Under the pieces are notes generated by a model that saw only the letters and a list, made by a program, of their open reading frames with translations, ran no database searches and was not told where the DNA came from. A stretch of 20,000 nt of DNA from an uncultured virus (IMG/VR IMGVR_UViG_3300013102_000031) (Duplodnaviria; Heunggongvirae; Uroviricota; Caudoviricetes): IMG/VR virus record IMGVR_UViG_3300013102_000031; one strand, given 5' to 3'. Positions 16,704-20,000 of the stretch are shown one piece after another (position 1 is the stretch's first letter; each line of letters opens with the position of its first letter). Made by a program: the position numbers and the translations under genes.

Positions 16704-18170
16704 TTAAAAGCTGAATTCATTGGATTTTGTCATGCTGGGGAGTGTAAACAGCGGAATACTCAACTTCTGAGCTAGAACAATAAATCCATCAGAGCAAACA
16801 TCGACGAGATCATCGTGGCCTTGTGAGCCCGACTTACGCTCGCCTGTGAAAGTCTCAAGTTCCTTATAGAAGAATGAAAGGTCATTGTAAACTTTGTTCT
16901 CAAAGTCATTACCACAATTCTTTAGGATCTTCATACCACCGTTCATAGTGAACGATGCAAATGGGCGAAACCTATCAATCTTTTTCTGGTTGGTTTTTAA
17001 AGTTCTTACAAAGTAACCTTGCTCAGATATCTCTCTTGCAAGCATCATAGTTGCAGCTTTAGCACTTGGTCCCGGATCTTCTGGGATTACAATGTCAACT
17101 TTAACGCCATCCCGAAGTGCATTCTCTAGAACAAAACGGCTCCACTCACCAAAACGAATCCTTGTACGGATAATGTCATGGATAAAATATTCACCATTCT
17201 TTAATTTAGAGATTTTAATACTAGCTGTGTAGTCAGGATCGTAGACTGTATCTGGACCTTTCAAAGTGCCAGCAAAGTCATACGTTCTTACTGTTTTAAC
17301 AATCTCTGTCCATGCAGGTTCTTCAGCACATTCCACAAACCACTCACGTCGTATTAGCGAATTTGATTCAGGACGCGCTTCCCAATTCCCGTAGAGCAAA
17401 ATTTCTTTTTGTATGCGAGGAAGACCTTGAAGAAAAGCGATATAACTCTTTTCAATATGCGGATTATCATAGACGGAAGCTGCGATGAATCTAAACGAAA
17501 GAGGGACACAATCAGGGAAACGTTCATCAAGCTCTTCTTTAGTATCAGCCCAGAACATTTCATTATCTAGACGAACAAACCACCTAATTACACCTTGCTT
17601 TGCTGGGTCAGGACGACCAAACAATTCATGACCTTCTGGATACAAGTACCAGTCAACCCACTTTCTCACCCAACTATCTGGGTCCGGGTTCATGGTGGCT
17701 CGCATGTTAGGCTTCATGTTAGCCTTAGTACGCAAACGAGATAGGATGTAGTTAAACTGAGATTCTTCAAACTGACACAACTCCTCCATTACACAACTGG
17801 AGATTTGAGCACCTTGAAAGTTGTCTGTATCATCAACTCGTTCAAAGTGAGAGAAGAATACTTCTGCATCTGAACTTGCGATGATCTTTAAGTCTTTAAT
17901 CCTAATTCTACAATCTGGATCAAGAAGCCTATATAATTGTTTTGCTTCATCCCAAACAGCACCCGGCTTAAGTAGCATTGGTGTTGTTCGGCGTAACGTT
18001 AGTCCACGGTAAAGCGGGTCATGCATATATTTGGCGTGATGGGCCAATCCAGCCCAAGTCTTACCTCCGCCAGCCTGACCCCCGTAGAAACAGATGTCCA
18101 CCCAATCAGGGGTGGACAAAAACATCGCTTGTGGTTTGCTGGCAGGCGCTACTACGTTTGTAGTTGTCAA
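16704..18170 (-). CDS. terL: Terminase large subunit
   Basis: Q motif (SKPQAMFL), Walker A GGQAGGGKT, Walker B CVMEE, motif C ATMNP, RNase H-like nuclease residues YDFA...DYTA...HDDLVD; TTG start with GAGGT SD 8 nt upstream. Confidence 0.96.
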   Translation of the reverse strand: MTTTNVVAPASKPQAMFLSTPDWVDICFYGGQAGGGKTWAGLAHHAKYMHDPLYRGLTLRRTTPMLLKPGAVWDEAKQLYRLLDPDCRIRIKDLKIIASSDAEVFFSHFERVDDTDNFQGAQISSCVMEELCQFEESQFNYILSRLRTKANMKPNMRATMNPDPDSWVRKWVDWYLYPEGHELFGRPDPAKQGVIRWFVRLDNEMFWADTKEELDERFPDCVPLSFRFIAASVYDNPHIEKSYIAFLQGLPRIQKEILLYGNWEARPESNSLIRREWFVECAEEPAWTEIVKTVRTYDFAGTLKGPDTVYDPDYTASIKISKLKNGEYFIHDIIRTRIRFGEWSRFVLENALRDGVKVDIVIPEDPGPSAKAATMMLAREISEQGYFVRTLKTNQKKIDRFRPFASFTMNGGMKILKNCGNDFENKVYNDLSFFYKELETFTGERKSGSQGHDDLVDVCSDGFIVLAQKLSIPLFTLPSMTKSNEFSF

Positions 18171-19284
18171 AGACGCTTACCTCAATTTCTTCAATTTTGT
18201 TTTTAACTTCAAGCCATCGCTCTTTAGTCTCTAGTGCGTTAGAAACTGAATTTCTAGCTACACCGTAAAGATTTGCAAGAAACTTTTGTTCTACAAAACC
18301 TGATCGCCACAGTATTAGCGCTTCTGTTACGTCAACCAATGAGAAAATAGCTTTACTATTATACTTGTGCTTTTCAACTTTAAGTTTCGTCAAAGCATCT
18401 TGTATCTTAGATCTATTATCTTCTCTGTTGTCCATCCAATCAGAGATGTAATCGTCTTCAATTTCAACTAATGTCTTTCTCAGGGCGTATTCCATTTCTG
18501 TAATATATTCGTCTGAGTTGTTGTTCAAAGCCTTGGCTACATAGTCTGAATTTGAGGAAGGATCAAAATCCTCAACAAATCTTCCTGTCATAGTTGTAAA
18601 ATAACTAGTGCTGAACTCTTTACCTGAAACTTTCACAATTTTGGTTGAAAGGTCTTTCTTTCCAGTCTTTCCAGAGCGCGACCAGAAGTCTTTATAAACT
18701 TCAAACGCTAACCAATCTTTAAGCTCACCTTTATACCTGAAGGTAGGAAAGCTTGAACCTATATTTATAAGAAAAGGCTGGAGTTCAGTTTGCTTAGGCT
18801 TAAACTGCGACATGTACTTTTCATTGCTGTTTCGCCAGTCGGCCAATTGTTTCCTACGATTTGTTTTCTTCCGTGTCTTTTCAATTTGCTCACGAAGTTC
18901 AGCGGAGTGAGTAACACCAAACATAGGATTGTTTTCACCAGAACACTGGATACTAACCGCTTGAGCATACTCTTCTCGCAACCTAGAATATGTCCTAGAG
19001 TTTTGAGGGTGCTCATCAGGAATATCTCGTGTCTTCCAACGAGAGGACATCATGAAAGCAGCGCGCATTAAGCTGATATCTTCTGGGTAAGATTTCCATA
19101 GCAACATATGTGCTACAAAATGCTCACGACCTGAGAACATAACAAGATTACTAGACTCGTCAGTACCACCAATACTTCTGGGTACTATATGATGAATCTC
19201 CGTGTAGAAATCTACAGAGTTCTTATTCAATCCGCGAGGCTTTGCTTTTGCAACTAATTGGTCATAAATTTTACTGTAATTCAA
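18106..19284 (-). CDS. HNH homing-type endonuclease (T4 Mob-like) with NUMOD3 and C-terminal HTH
   Basis: EIHHIVPRSIGGTDESSNLV...REHFVAHMLL HNH core; SGENNPMFGVTHS NUMOD3; QKFLANLYGVARNSVS HTH; TTG start with GGGAG SD. Confidence 0.9.
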   Translation of the reverse strand: MNYSKIYDQLVAKAKPRGLNKNSVDFYTEIHHIVPRSIGGTDESSNLVMFSGREHFVAHMLLWKSYPEDISLMRAAFMMSSRWKTRDIPDEHPQNSRTYSRLREEYAQAVSIQCSGENNPMFGVTHSAELREQIEKTRKKTNRRKQLADWRNSNEKYMSQFKPKQTELQPFLINIGSSFPTFRYKGELKDWLAFEVYKDFWSRSGKTGKKDLSTKIVKVSGKEFSTSYFTTMTGRFVEDFDPSSNSDYVAKALNNNSDEYITEMEYALRKTLVEIEDDYISDWMDNREDNRSKIQDALTKLKVEKHKYNSKAIFSLVDVTEALILWRSGFVEQKFLANLYGVARNSVSNALETKERWLEVKNKIEEIEVSVFDNYKRSSACQQTTSDVFVHP

Positions 19285-19928
19285 ACTACAACACTCCCAA
19301 ACTGAACTTTCATTCGTCCGGGAATTGACTGCATTACCAATTCTTTATAGCGATTCCGATCACCTTCAAACAAGAAGTTTTCTTCAATTGTCCCGGTAAT
19401 ATGTTTTACAGAATCACAGAAGCCAACAACCTGACCGTTAACTTTATCAAGAAGGTTTGCTTTGTTAGCCCAAGAGTCGTCTTTCTCAAGATTCTCAATT
19501 GAGTCAACTACAACCATTTTCTTAGCTCGAAACAAATGAGCAACAACAAAGTCTTTAGAGATATTGGCATCAAACAACATGAGTTCATTAGCCAAGCCAA
19601 AGGTTGTACTAACATCCCCGTGGCAAGCTACAAACTTAATCTTTGAACCATTCTTCAATGTTGCAATGCAAGAAGTTTCAGAGTAACGGCAGTCTTGACC
19701 GAACAACTTCATAAATGTTTCACGAACACCACCACAAACTTTTAGGTGATGAGGCGTGGGAACAAAGAAGGTTACATTGACATCTTGATTATCACTGGCT
19801 TCTTTATAAGCCTTCATTAGAAGGGCTACAGTTGAACCAGCTCCCGGCTCTGCTGTAATCACCGTCAGCTTCCCATCACTTTCCAAAACTTCTTTCTGCA
19901 TCTTTGTTGCAAATATTACTTTTGACAT
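19281..19928 (-). CDS. Degenerate terminase ATPase-domain paralogue (pseudo-ATPase), function unknown
   Basis: 215 aa, colinear by eye with TerL residues ~5-265; Walker A-like EPGAGST lacks the Lys and Walker B-like MLFDA lacks the Glu; GGAG SD upstream. Confidence 0.65.
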   Translation of the reverse strand: MSKVIFATKMQKEVLESDGKLTVITAEPGAGSTVALLMKAYKEASDNQDVNVTFFVPTPHHLKVCGGVRETFMKLFGQDCRYSETSCIATLKNGSKIKFVACHGDVSTTFGLANELMLFDANISKDFVVAHLFRAKKMVVVDSIENLEKDDSWANKANLLDKVNGQVVGFCDSVKHITGTIEENFLFEGDRNRYKELVMQSIPGRMKVQFGSVVV

Positions 19929-19966
19929 AGCATCTTACTCCATAGCGGATTATTAAATTGTACTAC

Positions 19967-20000
19967 TTAAACAGCTTCATTCTTTTCCAAGAACTGCCTG
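19967..20000 (-). CDS. Possible 3' end of an upstream gene (...RQFLEKNEAV*)
   Basis: Open frame from window edge to TAA at 19967-19969; too short to identify. Confidence 0.3.
   Translation of the reverse strand, partial: RQFLEKNEAV

Noticed and set aside
17779..17799. TerL Walker B reads CVMEE instead of hhhhDE
   Set aside because: EE variants are known in functional terminases (SPP1/PBSX-type); all other motifs are intact.
18106..19928. Idea that terL is split by a group I intron carrying the HNH, with 19281..19928 as exon 1
   Set aside because: TerL at 16704..18170 already has its own Q motif, Walker A and SD; the upstream ORF duplicates rather than complements it; the genes overlap, leaving no room for intron core sequence.
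19929..19990. TACAAT as a sigma70 -10 box upstream of the pseudo-TerL gene
   Set aside because: No -35 hexamer at suitable spacing (TTGGAA lies 22 nt away); not supportable.
1..20000. tRNA, rRNA, CRISPR array, integrase or IS element
   Set aside because: None seen; intergenic gaps are all under about 80 nt and there are no regularly spaced repeats.

Overview
Virion morphogenesis module of a contractile-tailed (myovirus-type) dsDNA bacteriophage. All supported genes are on the minus strand and tightly packed. Gene order from right to left: a terminase-ATPase-like ORF with lost catalytic residues, HNH homing-type endonuclease, large terminase, portal, XkdF-like prohead protease, scaffold, head decoration, major capsid, head-fibre-like protein, four neck/head-tail proteins, tail sheath, free-standing GIY-YIG endonuclease, three tail-tube-like paralogues, tail assembly chaperone pair, tape measure, five baseplate genes, and a truncated Cys-rich ORF. 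The layout resembles PAK_P1/KPP10-like and related myoviruses (inference, no search run). The most notable signals are: (1) an intact but apparently catalytically dead copy of the TerL ATPase domain next to terL; (2) a 54-nt G-U-rich hairpin that buries the RBS and AUG of the GIY-YIG gene; (3) a non-canonical -1 frameshift candidate with an 11-bp stimulatory stem in the tail chaperone; (4) a candidate late-promoter motif and an identical duplicated terminator; (5) up to three endonuclease-like insertions in essential operons.
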